From positions 35,679 through 95,068 of the forward strand of contig NW_005434496.1 in NCBI RefSeq assembly GCF_000315625.1: DNA of 59,390 nt, in the 5' to 3' direction. Position 1 is the first letter of the stretch, and every line of letters begins with the position of its first letter. Below, piece by piece: positions 35,857 to 47,900 of this stretch. The notes below the pieces were generated by a model, which was given only the letters and a program-made list of their open reading frames with translations, searched no databases and was not told the origin of the DNA. Source of the stretch: Guillardia theta CCMP2712 (Eukaryota > Protista > Cryptophyta). A program made the translations under genes and the position numbers.

Positions 35857-36471
35857 TCACATCTTCCAACCCGATGTCACACAGCACATCATCGCGACAC
35901 CCATCACCGCCGCCATCACCCACTCCCACCCTCCTGGCACTCTCCTCGATGCTGCTGACGTTCCTCCGGTGCTCCCTGTGCTCGTGCCGGTACTGCTGCT
36001 CGTCCCCGTCCCTTGCACGCTGTAGCTGCATGCTGCCGTCGCCATGATCCCGTTCCTCCCCGTCGCCCACGCCGCCTGCACCGTGACGCTTCCCGAGCTG
36101 GGCGCGACGACCTCTGGCGACGTCGAGCTGATCGTGCGGGAGTTGCTGCAGGCTCCTCCCTGGACGCCCCAGCTCCCGCTCCCCGAGCTCGACGTCGCCT
36201 GCACGACGTACTGTGCGTCTTGAGGAGGAGCGAAGCCGGAGACGGCGAGCTTCTCTCCGGGCTGGAGGGTGGAGCCGCAGCTGAGCTGCTGGCCGGCTCT
36301 GGATAGGTAGATGGACTGCTGGGAGGACTGCTGGATGGCGCCTCCCATGGCGGGGTAGTTAGTGCCAGGGGCGATGGACTTACTGCAGCCAGAGCCGATC
36401 ATATTGGAGGAGTAAGCAGAGACGAGGGGGAGGGAGAGGAGGAGGAGGGGGAGGGAGGATAGGGAGTACAT
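35857..36471 (-). CDS. Secreted or GPI-type surface protein with Reeler-like beta domain and S/T/G stalk (copy 1)
   Basis: Signal peptide LPLLLLSLPLVSA, Cys-containing domain ending VVAPSSGSVTVQAAWATG, ST-rich stalk and hydrophobic tail. The Reeler assignment is by resemblance only. Confidence 0.7.
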   Translation of the reverse strand: MYSLSSLPLLLLSLPLVSAYSSNMIGSGCSKSIAPGTNYPAMGGAIQQSSQQSIYLSRAGQQLSCGSTLQPGEKLAVSGFAPPQDAQYVVQATSSSGSGSWGVQGGACSNSRTISSTSPEVVAPSSGSVTVQAAWATGRNGIMATAACSYSVQGTGTSSSTGTSTGSTGGTSAASRRVPGGWEWVMAAVMGVAMMCCVTSGWKM

Positions 36472-38715
36472 GTCACAGAAGGATAACGCAGTGTACACGT
36501 GCACCTAGAGTGCGCCGAGAGGAGGAGGCGGAGGAGGAGGAGGAGGAGGAGGAACTTGGACGTATAAGGAGTTTGGAAGATTGGTTCCCCTGACTACCCC
36601 CACCCTCTCAATCACTGGTAAGTGAGGGGGTGATCCAGTGGTCGTTTCTGTCAACAATATTAGTTCCTCGGAGGTGTAAATGGCCGTCCGGGCCTTCACA
36701 ACTTGGCGCTGAGTACTACTGGACTGAGTAAAGTTACCGTACTAATACGGTCCTGGCGGCCGGGCTCGGATCCGTCCCAGGCCCGGGCTGAGAGGCCCCG
36801 GCGACTCGGCGGGCCCGGCCCGGCAGCGGCCCCGCCGGTGCCGGGCGGCGCCGCCACTCACGGCTCGGTACTGAGCGAACCGTTGAACGGTGGACCAGCC
36901 CGCGGCCTGTCTCTCCCGGAGTCCGAGTCCGAGTCAGTGGCTCAGTCGGCGCTGAGCCTCGGAGCGGCTGCCAGCCGGAGGCTACCAGCCCCGCCTGGGA
37001 TCAATTTTTTCTTAGTCGACCGAGTCATTGCATCCGCTCGCCAGGCATCTCCCCTTATCTCTGTGCCGCACATCTAACAGCCCTGCATGAAAATCTTCTT
37101 CAGAATGGACAATCCTTGAATAGTTATTGCCCACTCAGCATGACTGTGAACTTGACGTTGTATCATCGTATCTTGACTTGGATCTGCTGACATTCTTGTT
37201 TGCGTGACTTTCTGACGTCCGATGTAACGTACTATTTCAGAAACTCAGGGGGAGGATGGAACGTATGCCAGCCGTGCCAGTCAGATAGCGCCGAGTTAAC
37301 AAAAACTCTCCTGTAAACTAAGACGACTTACGTGTTTCGAGGCGGCATGTAGCGTGTGGGGCTTTCCTAGCCGTCTTGCTAAGGTCCTCTCATGTCTGGA
37401 TGCTTGGGTTTCACATCCTAGCATACAGTCTATCTCTCATGTGCTCCTCAATTCTGGTTTTGTGTGCATTAAACTCGGTCTTGAGCAAAAACTGTCTTGT
37501 TACAACTAAGGTCGATGTGCATATCGGATATCTGCGTGACTTTGGACTAGTACAAGTCTAACAAACTTGTATTCCGTCAGACATGCCGCGTGGTCAATGA
37601 TTCACTGTCAAGTTTTCAACTTATCCAACCCGGACAAGGGCCGGGCCGCTCCGGGCCATGGCAGCCACCCGGCCGGATCTAACTTGGCAGTGAGGGCAAC
37701 TGAGTCATCCGATTATATACAGAGCGACGGCCGGACAATGATGGCCCGAGCACAGGGAGCAGCGGAGGAACGTCAGCGGCATCGAAAAGTGCTTTTGCAG
37801 GAGACCTCTTGTTCTTGTTTGGTTCAACTTGTTCTCACTTTCTTCCTTGTCTTACTTGTTCTCACTTTTCGGGCTTCCTTGCCACGGTCTTATGTTATTC
37901 CATTCACTTGCAACATTGTTACCTGCCATCTGCTACTCCTCCCCACCCCTTCCCCCTCCTCCTCCCCCCCCCCTCCCCTCCTCCCCTCTTCCTCTTCCAT
38001 CAGTTCGTCTCCTTTTCCGCCGCTTGCCTTCGTTCATTCACCCAATGCTCCCATTTTTGGTGGCAAAGGGGATACCACCCCTACCCTCCTCGCATCGAAT
38101 GTTGGTGGCTAACCTAAGGGGTAGTCGGATACAAATCGAGCCCATAACTATTCCATGCCTCGCCATCCTCCTCCTCCTCCTCCTCGATGCCGACCTCCAC
38201 CATGTACTTCCTCTCCCCCTCCTCCCTCCCCCTCCTCCTCCTCTCCTCTCCTCCCTTTCCCTCCCCCTCGCCTCTGCTTACTCCTCCTACATGGTCGGCT
38301 CTGGCTGCCATCGCCCCTGGCACTAACTACCCCGACATGGGAGGCGCCATCCAGCAGTCCATCTACCTATCCAGAGCCGGCCAGCAGCTCAGCTGCGGCT
38401 CCACCCTCCAGCCCGGAGAGAAGCTCGCCGTCTCCGGCTTCGCTCCTCCTCAAGACGCACAGTACGTCGTGCAGGCGACGTCGAGCTCGGGGAGCGGGAG
38501 CTGGGGCGTCCAGGGAGGAGCCTGCAGCAACTCCCGCACGATCAGCTCGACGTCGCCAGAGGTCGTCGCGCCCAGCTCGGGAAGCGTCACGGTGCAGGCG
38601 GCGTGGGCGACGGGGAGGAACGGGATCATGGCGACGGCAGCATGCAGCTACAGCGTGGAAGGGACGGGGACGAGCAGCAGTACCGGCACGAGCACAGGGA
38701 GCACCGGAGGAACGA
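35958..38715. repeat. Inverted repeat, arms ~35958-36330 and ~38350-38715
   Basis: The arms are reverse complements with very few mismatches by eye. Confidence 0.9.
36700..37000. other. GC-rich palindrome-dense island between the inverted gene pair
   Basis: Rich in ggcccggcccgg, gagtccgagtccgagtca and ctgagt words. Confidence 0.55.
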
Positions 38716-38960
38716 GTACCGGCACGAGCACGGGGAGCAGTACCGGTACTGGCACAGGAACAAGCAACCCTTCGGGCTCCGAGGGCGAGACAGGGTCACA
38801 CGACTCAGAAGGAGGTTCAGAGGACAGCGAGACGAGCAAGAGCGTTGGAGGAGTCAAGATAAGCGGAGCTGTTTCTGCTGCTGTGCGACGAGAGCGTGAG
38901 GGAACCTGGTTGACCATGCTGTTTGCATCTGCACTGGTCTGGATCGTGCGCTTCAATTAG
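38202..38960 (+). CDS. Reeler-like surface protein, inverted copy 2, with compensating frameshifts in the N-terminus
   Basis: Core nearly identical to copy 1 (IYLSRAGQQLSCG...ACSYSV). Longer stalk and a different hydrophobic tail (WLTMLFASALVWIV). Confidence 0.7.
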   Translation: MYFLSPSSLPLLLLSSPPFPSPSPLLTPPTWSALAAIAPGTNYPDMGGAIQQSIYLSRAGQQLSCGSTLQPGEKLAVSGFAPPQDAQYVVQATSSSGSGSWGVQGGACSNSRTISSTSPEVVAPSSGSVTVQAAWATGRNGIMATAACSYSVEGTGTSSSTGTSTGSTGGTSTGTSTGSSTGTGTGTSNPSGSEGETGSHDSEGGSEDSETSKSVGGVKISGAVSAAVRREREGTWLTMLFASALVWIVRFN

Positions 38961-39304
38961 TGGAGTGAGAAGATAAGATGCTAGTCAACAAGGATAAACT
39001 TCTGACTGTACTGAGTCAAACTCTGATAGGATTGCGATGAAGTCCTGTCAAAGCACGTGTTAGGCTCGCAGGTCCTTGAAAGCCGTTGCTCCCGGTCTCG
39101 ATGCCGCCGTAATGCTCAATGTACTGTCTGGCGCCGGCGGCATGAAGCAGCGAGAGAGAGAGATCCACCCCAGCGGCCGAGTCAGAGACCTGCGTCGAGT
39201 GACCAGCCGTTGAAGTGCCGGGTCATGGCGAGATGGAGCTTACAAGCTAGACTGATCAGATCCACATCCGAGGGCTTCTCGGAATCTTGACATCTAACAC
39301 ACCC

Positions 39305-39397
39305 AGTTCATGTTTTCTCATTTCATGTTTTCTCATTTCATGTTTTCTCAGTTCATGTTTTCTCAGTTCATGTTTTCTCAGTTCATGTTTTCTCAGT
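39305..39397. repeat. 15-bp tandem repeat (ttcatgttttctcag), about 6 copies
   Basis: Visible; the KHELR repeats in the ORF track derive from it. Confidence 0.9.
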
Positions 39398-39513
39398 CCT
39401 GCAAAGTCTACCAGAACATTCAGAGGTTGTCCCTTGTAAGGCTGATGTAGAGACATAGCAGATTGCGGGAAAACTTTAGACATTACATGAAGGCATACAT
39501 AACAAAATCTATT

Positions 39514-42178
39514 TCAACTCTCTGCTGATGCGATTCTGTTCCTCTTGGCGGCATTGAAAGCCCTCTCAGCTATCTCGCTCAGTCCCTTCCTTTCGTCAAC
39601 GCCACCATCGTCTTCTGAAGATTCTTCTTGCAACAGCCTCGCAGCTTCCTGAATACTCGATCTCAGCCAAACCCTCTTCCACCAACATCTCTCCGACAAT
39701 CTACCTGAGAAGCAAAGGTGCAATGCACTGTTCCCCTCCTGGCGACGTCTGGCAGCTCTACAACGCCCGTTTCCTCGCAGGATCTGTACAACCAAGTCAG
39801 CGCACTAACAGTGACAAAACTCTCCGACAGCGGCCGGTCTGAGTTCCTCCACTTGTTGCCCTTGATGACGACTCCTGCACGAGCGAGAAAAATTTCAGAC
39901 AGAGGAAGTTGGATGAAGGATAGAGAGAGGAAGTAGGTGAAAGATAGAGAGAGGAGGTTGGCGAAGGAGGTGGTGAGGTGGGGTGAGGACCTTGCAGTGA
40001 GATGCTGGCAGACTTTGGGGCAAGGAAGCCAGCTTCGAGAGCAAACTCATTCGATTCGAAGGAAGAGTTTGCAATGGACAGTTTTCCTCCTCCGTCCACT
40101 GCAGTTTTCACCATGTTTTCAAACAGGTCAAGGCGGAGACAGGAAGGGAACCTGTACATCCTACGAGACAGGTCGAGATGGAGCTTTCCTCGAGGGCTAC
40201 TGTTGCGTCCCCTACCACGGCCACTCCACTCTCCTTGCAGTACAGGACACTAAGAATCGTTCAGGCTCCTGCTCCCATCCCAAATCTGCAACCTGCACAG
40301 CTTCAACTCCGCCTTGCTCTCTGCGCAGCAGAAGAGTCCCCAGGATGCCTCCCGGGCCTGAGCGCGGCAGTCAAGGGAGGGGATGGAGGGGAAAAGGGAA
40401 CGAGTGGGGGCAAAGGGGGAGAAAGAAGATCGGGAGAAGGTAAGTGGGAAGTAAGATCAAGGGATGGCGGAGAGGGAGAGAGATGGGATGATGAGGGGGG
40501 AGAGGAGGGAGGAGGGAGGAGGGAGGAGGGAGGAGGGAGGAGGGAGGAGGGAGGAGGGAGGAGGGAGGAGGGAGGAGGGAGGAGGGAGGAGGGAGGGAGG
40601 GAGGGAGGGAGGGAGGGAGGGAGGGAGGGAGGTAGTAGAAGGGAAGAGAAGGCAAAGGATTTGGAATCATCGGGCTACCTTGCCAAGGCCTCCTAGGCTA
40701 CTCCATTCTACTTGCACCCTGGCATCACTACGGCAAGTCAGATGAGATGAAGGAACTGCTGAAGATAGTCGGTCTTACCATACGCAGTACAGCGCCGTGT
40801 TGATTTTCTGGTGTGAGAGCTGATCAGGATCTTGTATTGCAGGCTGTCCGGAGCTCTGGATGGAGCAGTTGAAGATGTTCCAGGCTCCACCGCTGACCTG
40901 AGACGGACGAGGAGGGAAGGGTAAGGCTGCTAGCAGGATCTCTATCCTTACCGTGACGCAAGAGTCGTGCTCGTTGACAAGAAACATCCCCTCTAGCAGA
41001 CCCCCCGAGGTCGCCAACAAGTCCCATGCTCCTGCGGAAGCGACACGTTCAAGATCGCCAGCTCCAAACTGGCTGGCGCTACCTGACATGACTGGCGACC
41101 TCACGCCTTGGACCGAGAGGGGGGTACGGAACGCAAGGACGCCCGACCAGTCATGCAGCTTGCTGGCATGTACGATGATGCTGTGCGCTTCAGAGACGTT
41201 CCTCCTCCGATGAGCTTTCAGAACAGCTTCCTGGAAGGATTGAAAGTCCCCCGGGACCTGAAAGCCACCTCAGCCTAAAACTTCGTTGACAGTGCGTATC
41301 ACTGTAGTCTTGACTTTGCTGTGCTTGTGCCTTCCTGCGCTGCTCTGGTATGTTATCCTCCTCGTGCTCCCATCTGAGCGCAAGAGATACAAGCAAGAAG
41401 AGCCTAGCGGGAACGAGATCTGTTCCATAGACTCAGTTCGGCTCGCTCGTTACCCTCCTCATACCTTCTCGTCGGAACCAAATCGATTGTTCGCCGGCAT
41501 CGTCAGGAAGTGTGAGGCAGTCGGTGCCATCTGGACGGCGCTGAGAGAGGCCTGATGAGAGACATCCTTCATGACGTTGACGAGAGTGTCTTTATCGAGC
41601 ATGTCCTCGCACGAGCTTGACGACCGCTGTTCGTCATCTTTGAACTCGTCTTCAACGTCCATGTGCTCAGAGATGTTGTTGAAGAAGCTGAGCTTGCGCT
41701 TTCCTGTCTCCTTCTCGAACGGCGTTCCTTTCGTCTGATCCTCGAACTGCTTCCAACGTGACGCCATCTCGCCAGCAACATACTCTGACGGTCGCTTCGG
41801 CCCAAGGAATTGTTCCATGGTGCTCTGCCTTCCTAACTTGACGTCGTGGGCTGCCGCCAGCTTCCGATTCTCATTCCTGAGCTTGTCCACCTCCTCCTGC
41901 AGCCGGGCTGCCCTCTCCTCCCAGTTCACCGTCCCTGATCTTGACGCTTGATCTCGTGAAACCCCCACCGGCCCGTCTGCGGTCTGTTGGAGGGGCGGGG
42001 CAGAAGCATGAGGAACGGTGCTAGAGGAGGAGCAGCGGGAGGGGCGACGATGAGACAGAGGAAGAGGAGGAGAGGAGGAGGAGGAGGAGGAGGAGGGAGG
42101 GAGCGGGAGGGAGCGGGAGGAGGCGAAGAGGAGCAACAGCAGCAGCATCGTGCCTGCCCGGGAAGGCATTGAAGCCAT
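39514..42178 (-). CDS. Protein with N-terminal signal/targeting region, coiled coil and C-terminal right-handed beta-helix (pectin-lyase-like) domain; multi-exon
   Basis: MLLLLLLFASS start, coiled coil ARLQEEVDKLRNEN, VPGDFQSFQEAV (typical beta-helix N-cap) and repeats such as GAWNIFNCSIQS and KLSIANSSFESN. Exon joining is tentative. Confidence 0.55.
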
Positions 42179-42239
42179 GGGCCTTCCGAAGATTAGTGGA
42201 CCCCATCCCCACTCAATCTCCCCAAAGCCCCTCATTCAG

Positions 42240-42530
42240 TCCGCACCGGGCCTTTGGGAACTCGGAACTGAACTCGGAACTTCGGGTTCAAAGAAGGGCG
42301 GGCGTGTCACTGGCACTGATTTTTTTTTTTGCCCGCGGCCGGGCCGGCCGGGCCGCCGGAACCTCTCGAGCAGCAGTGGCACTCAGGTGAGTCTGAGTCC
42401 AATCTGTCATTCAGCCTTTACTCAAAGTTAACTGGCATTGCTCTGGCAACGATCCGACATTACTCAGCTCGTTTGAAGCACAGTGCGGCATGCGATCAGC
42501 CCCGGGGGGATTCATCCGGGGCCGAATGAT
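42240..42530. other. GC-rich island upstream of the beta-helix gene
   Basis: gcccgcggccgggccggccgggccgccgg, tgagtctgagtc and gaactcg repeats. Confidence 0.45.
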
Positions 42531-42582
42531 GGCGTTATAAGGACCGTGTCAGGTTATTGACAGTAATGCTACAACAGAAGTT

Positions 42583-44843
42583 TCACTCATCGGCTTGCTG
42601 CTGGGGGCTCGTGTTGCTCTTTTCCAGCTGTGAGATGTTGGGCCATGGATCTTTCGGGGAGGCATCACCCGTGAAGCGCATGACACGGTCGGGAACGTAG
42701 CGAGGACAGTCGTCCCTCTCCAGCACCTTGCGAGGACCTGTCAGACTTGCTACTCCTTCTCTCTATCAGGAAGACCTGGATGCCTCCGTCCGGGCCGTCG
42801 TCGCTCTCGGAGAAGGGCAGAGCTTCGAAGAAGTTGTGGTCGTTGAAGAAGCGTCTGTGGGAAGATGCAGGTCAAGGGAACGAGGTGGAGGCTGAACTTC
42901 AGTACCGCCGCCAAGACATGGGAAGGAAAGACTCGATCTCGATGCATATGGTTGCTCTGCATGGAGGATAAGCCGAGATTGAAGGAGGAGGAAATGAGTT
43001 GGGGTCAGGGATGGAGGAGGAGAGCAGAAACATAGTTGAGTGAGAGAGGGAGGACGAAGAGGAAGTGGAGGGAGAGGAGGAAGGGATGGAGGGGAAGGAG
43101 GAGTAGGAGGAGTTTGAACAACCTGTACTTCATGGCGAAGCCCTCCTTGTCAGCCGTGAGCTTGTCGTAGGTGATGGTGAGCTGAGCGATGAGGATGTTG
43201 AGCATCCCGATGGTGACGCAGCTGCAGTGGAGGTGAGAAGAGGCGAGCAGGTGGAGGAGAGGCTGACAGGACGAAGACGAGGAGCATGAAGCGAGAAAGT
43301 GCAGAGATGTCTGAGTAGAGAGGCTGCGCAACTCCGAGAACCTGTTCATTGGGATGAGGAGAGTGAAAGTGCTGCGGCTTAATCGACCTCTTGGAGGAGG
43401 AGGACGATAGTTTGATCCCATCCTTGATCGAAAGGAGAATCGCCCAGGATGGTCAAGGCAGAGCCGAACGCTGGGAAAAGTCAGGAGGGAGGGAGGGAGG
43501 GAGGGAGAGGGTAAGGGATGTTGGAGGATCAAAAACTAGGGGAGGAGGGAGGAGGGAGGAGGGAGGAGGGAGGAGGGAGGAGGGAGGAGGGAGGATGGAC
43601 AGTACCAGCCATCAGGATGAGAATCATAAAGAGAGAGTGACTGAGGTCGTTGAACATGATGCCGATGGTAAAGGTGAAGGCTGCCATAGGAGTCGACAAT
43701 ATGCTGATCTGAGAAGGCAAGGCCAGTCAGATCGCAATGCTGAAGATGGTGGAGGAGCCGCGGGCTGAGACAAGTAGGAGAGAAAGGAAGGAGAGAATGA
43801 AGTAGGGGAGGGTCGGGGTCGAAGTCAAATTGAGGGATTGTGGGGAGCAGGGAGAGTGGGGGTGGGAGATCGAGGAGGAGAGGGAGGAAGAAGAGAGGTG
43901 AAAGAAATGAGGACGAGCTTCAAAAATGGGTGGAGGGATTGCGGCATGCCCGTGGGCGGTTGGGAAGGAGTATCGGTGACCTGGAACATCTGGACCCAAA
44001 TGAGCACAGCGAGGATGGAGCGAACTGTGCGTTGGCTGGCAGGAGCGTAGATTGCGGTCGTTGTTGTTGTTCCTCCGTCCGACTTGGCCTTGGCGGCGAG
44101 CAGGGCCCGAGCACCGTAGGAGACGTCTGCTCAAACTCTTTGAGAGGAGGAGGTGGGTAACGAGGAGGGAGGAAGATGAAGTGAGGAGGAGAGGAGGAGA
44201 TGGAGGAATGAAGAGATTGAAGATGAAAATAATGGAGACGATGAGGGTGTTGATGATCATTTGATATCGTCAATGGAAATGGAGATTTGAGAGATGACGA
44301 TGATGCAGATTATGATGACTATGCAGATCATGATGATTATGCAGATCATGATGATTATGCAGATGCTGCTGCAGCTGCAGCTGCTGCTGCAAATGATGAT
44401 GATGATGATGATGATTTAGACCTTGATAATCAAATGATCGGGTTCCATTGTTGAGGTAGCAGTCTGTGCTGTTTGTAAGCAAGCTGCAGTCGAAAGAGCA
44501 ATCCTGGCGGTAAAAGATCACGAAAGGAGCAAAAGGAGGAGCAAGTAGCTACGTGGCTTGCGGCGTTGACAAGTATGAGAGCACATGAAGTCATACGGAG
44601 GATGTTCCATAGCCCAGTAAGACTCCTGCAGAGGTCCAGGTGACTTGACAGCTAACTTTGACGTTTGACAGCCTCACCTCGGCAGCTCCACAGTGAAAGG
44701 ACCAAAACCAACGACCTTTGTGATCCGTTTGCGGATCTGACGGAAGACAACGTAGAGCTGATGGGAAAAATTAGTATGAAAAATCATATTCGATGGTGTT
44801 GTTGTCGTCGTGGTATTCACGATCATCATCATCATCATCATCA

Positions 44844-44876
<33 letters not shown>

Positions 44877-44894
44877 TCGTCATCGTCATCATCG

Positions 44895-44932
<38 letters not shown>

Positions 44933-47900
44933 GTTGTTGTTGTTGTCAATAATATTCTTCACCAAGATTACATCTGCAACTGACCTGTACAAGCAAGCTC
45001 ATAATCGCCACTGCTGTGAGGAAGCTTCGAACATTCTGAGATGTCATCAGGAAACGATCTAACTGCATGCATTGCTTACATTATGGCTAGAATCGCAACC
45101 AGTCGGATCCTCAACATGTCCGAACATAAAGGCAATCAACATCACAAGGTACGCCGTCTCTTTCAAGCAGAAGATCTTGAGCCCGAAGCTCAACCACTTC
45201 AGCTCGAGTGTCTTCTTGACAACTGGATGCTTGAACGACTGGTTGTCATCTGTCATACCGTCAAGTCAAACTCTGCAGTGCGCTCGACTCACCAAGGTTG
45301 ATGTAACTTGCTAACGGGGAGTCCCAAGGATCTCTATAAGAGTCTGGATCGCCGTAGAGTTCGCGGATGTAGTAGTTGACCCTCACCTTGGATACAATCA
45401 TCAGCAGCCACCCCAGCTAGCTTCCCACCACAACTCAGTTTCTCACCTTCCTCCCTGGCAGCTTCTCCTTCGAATGCCACATCAATCCATCCAGCAGCAC
45501 CGGCATCAGGTCCAGACATTCCTTGCCGAGAATTTGTACGATGTCGTGGTGGTGTCTGAACAAGTTCTGCGAGGAGAACATGAGCACATATCGAATCGCA
45601 TCTGCGTCTGTAACCTCTCTCCCGTAGTAATAACCGTGAATGTCAGCGCGGATTGTCAGGAGATCACTGTGAATTGAGAGTTCAGTCTTACACTTGTCGC
45701 ATCAAAACATCGCAACCTCAAAATGAACTCAACGATGGCAAACTTCCCATCATGCAACGCCCAGTACAAGGGAGAAATCGAAGCTCCATTGATGTCAACC
45801 TGGACAGAACGAAAATGTCTACATTAAAGCTTTGATTGCATACCCAACTTGTTTACCTGACACAGCCAATCTGCTCTTACATTCCTGGGTGCACAACTGA
45901 TCGCTGCTTGCAACGCAAGAGCGTTTCCCTCCACCAGGGCATGAGTGATGCCGTTTCCTCCCATGTTCAGCCCCCTTGTCATGCTGTTTGCTGCTCTTTT
46001 CCACACCTGACAGCCTCTGAGTTGCAGAGCAGAGGGAGTGTTTCCGACTCATCACCTCCTTCCACAACTCTTCAATCTTTGCCGTCCAAGAATCCTGAAG
46101 GATCTGCACGAGAAGAAGACACATCATAAGGGCTGAATTTGACATGATCGAAGTAGCAAACCTCCTCGAGAGTTAGAATCATCGCATGGCCGAAGGGGCT
46201 GAGATATTCTGATCGAACCCCGTATCGGATGTGTCTGATTGTCAGCTCAAACAGCTGGTCGAAGAATTCCTATTGCGCGATCACACAAGTTGAATTGAAG
46301 GTTGAGATGTTTGCCTCCGGCTCTCGAATACTGATGAGGAGGGTTTCAACGATGTGCTTGAGCAGTTTTCCCCACCTTTTACACTGACATCAGTTCACAT
46401 GTATACACGTGGTAGACTGTACATCGTCAAGGATCTTCGAAAGATGTGCGTTTGTTCAGGAGACTGTATCAAACAGTTTAGCAAATTCTTGCGTCACCAA
46501 TAACACGATTGAACAACGATAAAATAATTTCATTACCACGTCATTCAAATGTTTCCAAAATATTCTTCCCATTTCCTGTCCCAGTGTGTGAGGAACTCAT
46601 AAACATCAACCCTCTGATGCTTCGCACTTACCTCTAATTCACATTTTTCTTGCACAAGTTCCCAATTTGCTACGATCATAATGGCACGATTGTCATCGAT
46701 TGCATCGAGCTCTTTGATCAGCACCTGACAAAACAAACATTAACTTCACTCATCGAGGTGCTAACTATCATTGTCACATCTGCAATCATCCTCCACATCC
46801 AACGAAAGGAATCACTCATATGCTCCGCCCACCTTCCACAAAGTCAGAACAATCGAACGATTCGTGAAGTCTCACTCGTCGCCGAGGGAGTGTTTCATGG
46901 CTGACTCAAATGCTTTCCCAATCGACTTGACATTTGCGCTTCTCATACCCCTGCGACCATGGTTATCCTCGCTTGAGACGACGATGACTATGATGACGAT
47001 GACGGAGAGAGAGAGAGTGAGAGAGAAAGAGTTGATAGAGATGAAAATTGATTTCGATAACGTCAGTGATGGTGGTAGAGGTGAAGGCGCAAACAATGAT
47101 AGAGCAAAACACTTACTGCTCATAAAACTTAGGCGCATAGATGTAGATGTTTTCCACTTGCTTCTCAGGTTCCCAGACCATGCTCGAGGTGTTGAGGACG
47201 AATTCAAATATCAACGAGACCAACGCGTCCTGAGACAGAAAAGCAGGAGGGAATACATTCGGAAAGATCGATGGAGAAAGAATGGGAGGTGAAGAGAGGA
47301 GAGGCGAAGTGAAACAAGTGGACAAATGACACAAGGAGTGAGAAAGAAGACGAGATGTCAAGATCGACTCCAAAATTTCAACCAGCGACTTCACCTCTGC
47401 TCCAACATGAAGTTCACCTTCCACCGTCTTACGGAAAGCCTGGGCCTTCTTCATTGTAATTATACTTCCCTTTCCTGTAAACCTCTCATCATGCACAATC
47501 ATGATATTGTTTCATAATGAGATCTCACGCTGCAAAGCAGCTCCCACGTTCTCATTCTTAGAGGATTTGTTGGCCGATTGTGCGCTGACATGTAGCAGAT
47601 GCGAGAAAACCTAAGAAGACGGAGTGAGCAGCAGCGCTGGACTTGTCTACAGTCTTACTCCTTGCTCGTTGGTGGTGATCGAGTTCCTGTGCCCCCCCGA
47701 ACTTAATGCGCTCTGGGTCCTGACAGCTGATCCGCTGTCACTCATCATGGTGTCCGACTTGGGTCGATATTGGATAGTGCCGTTGTTCTCGAACAGGGAC
47801 GGGCAGGAGGTGCTGAGCTCCGTTGCGAGGGTGCGCTTGAGAAGCTGGATGTCGCCGTGCTCTTCTATGAACTCCGTGGTGTGTTCCAGCGAGGAAGCAA

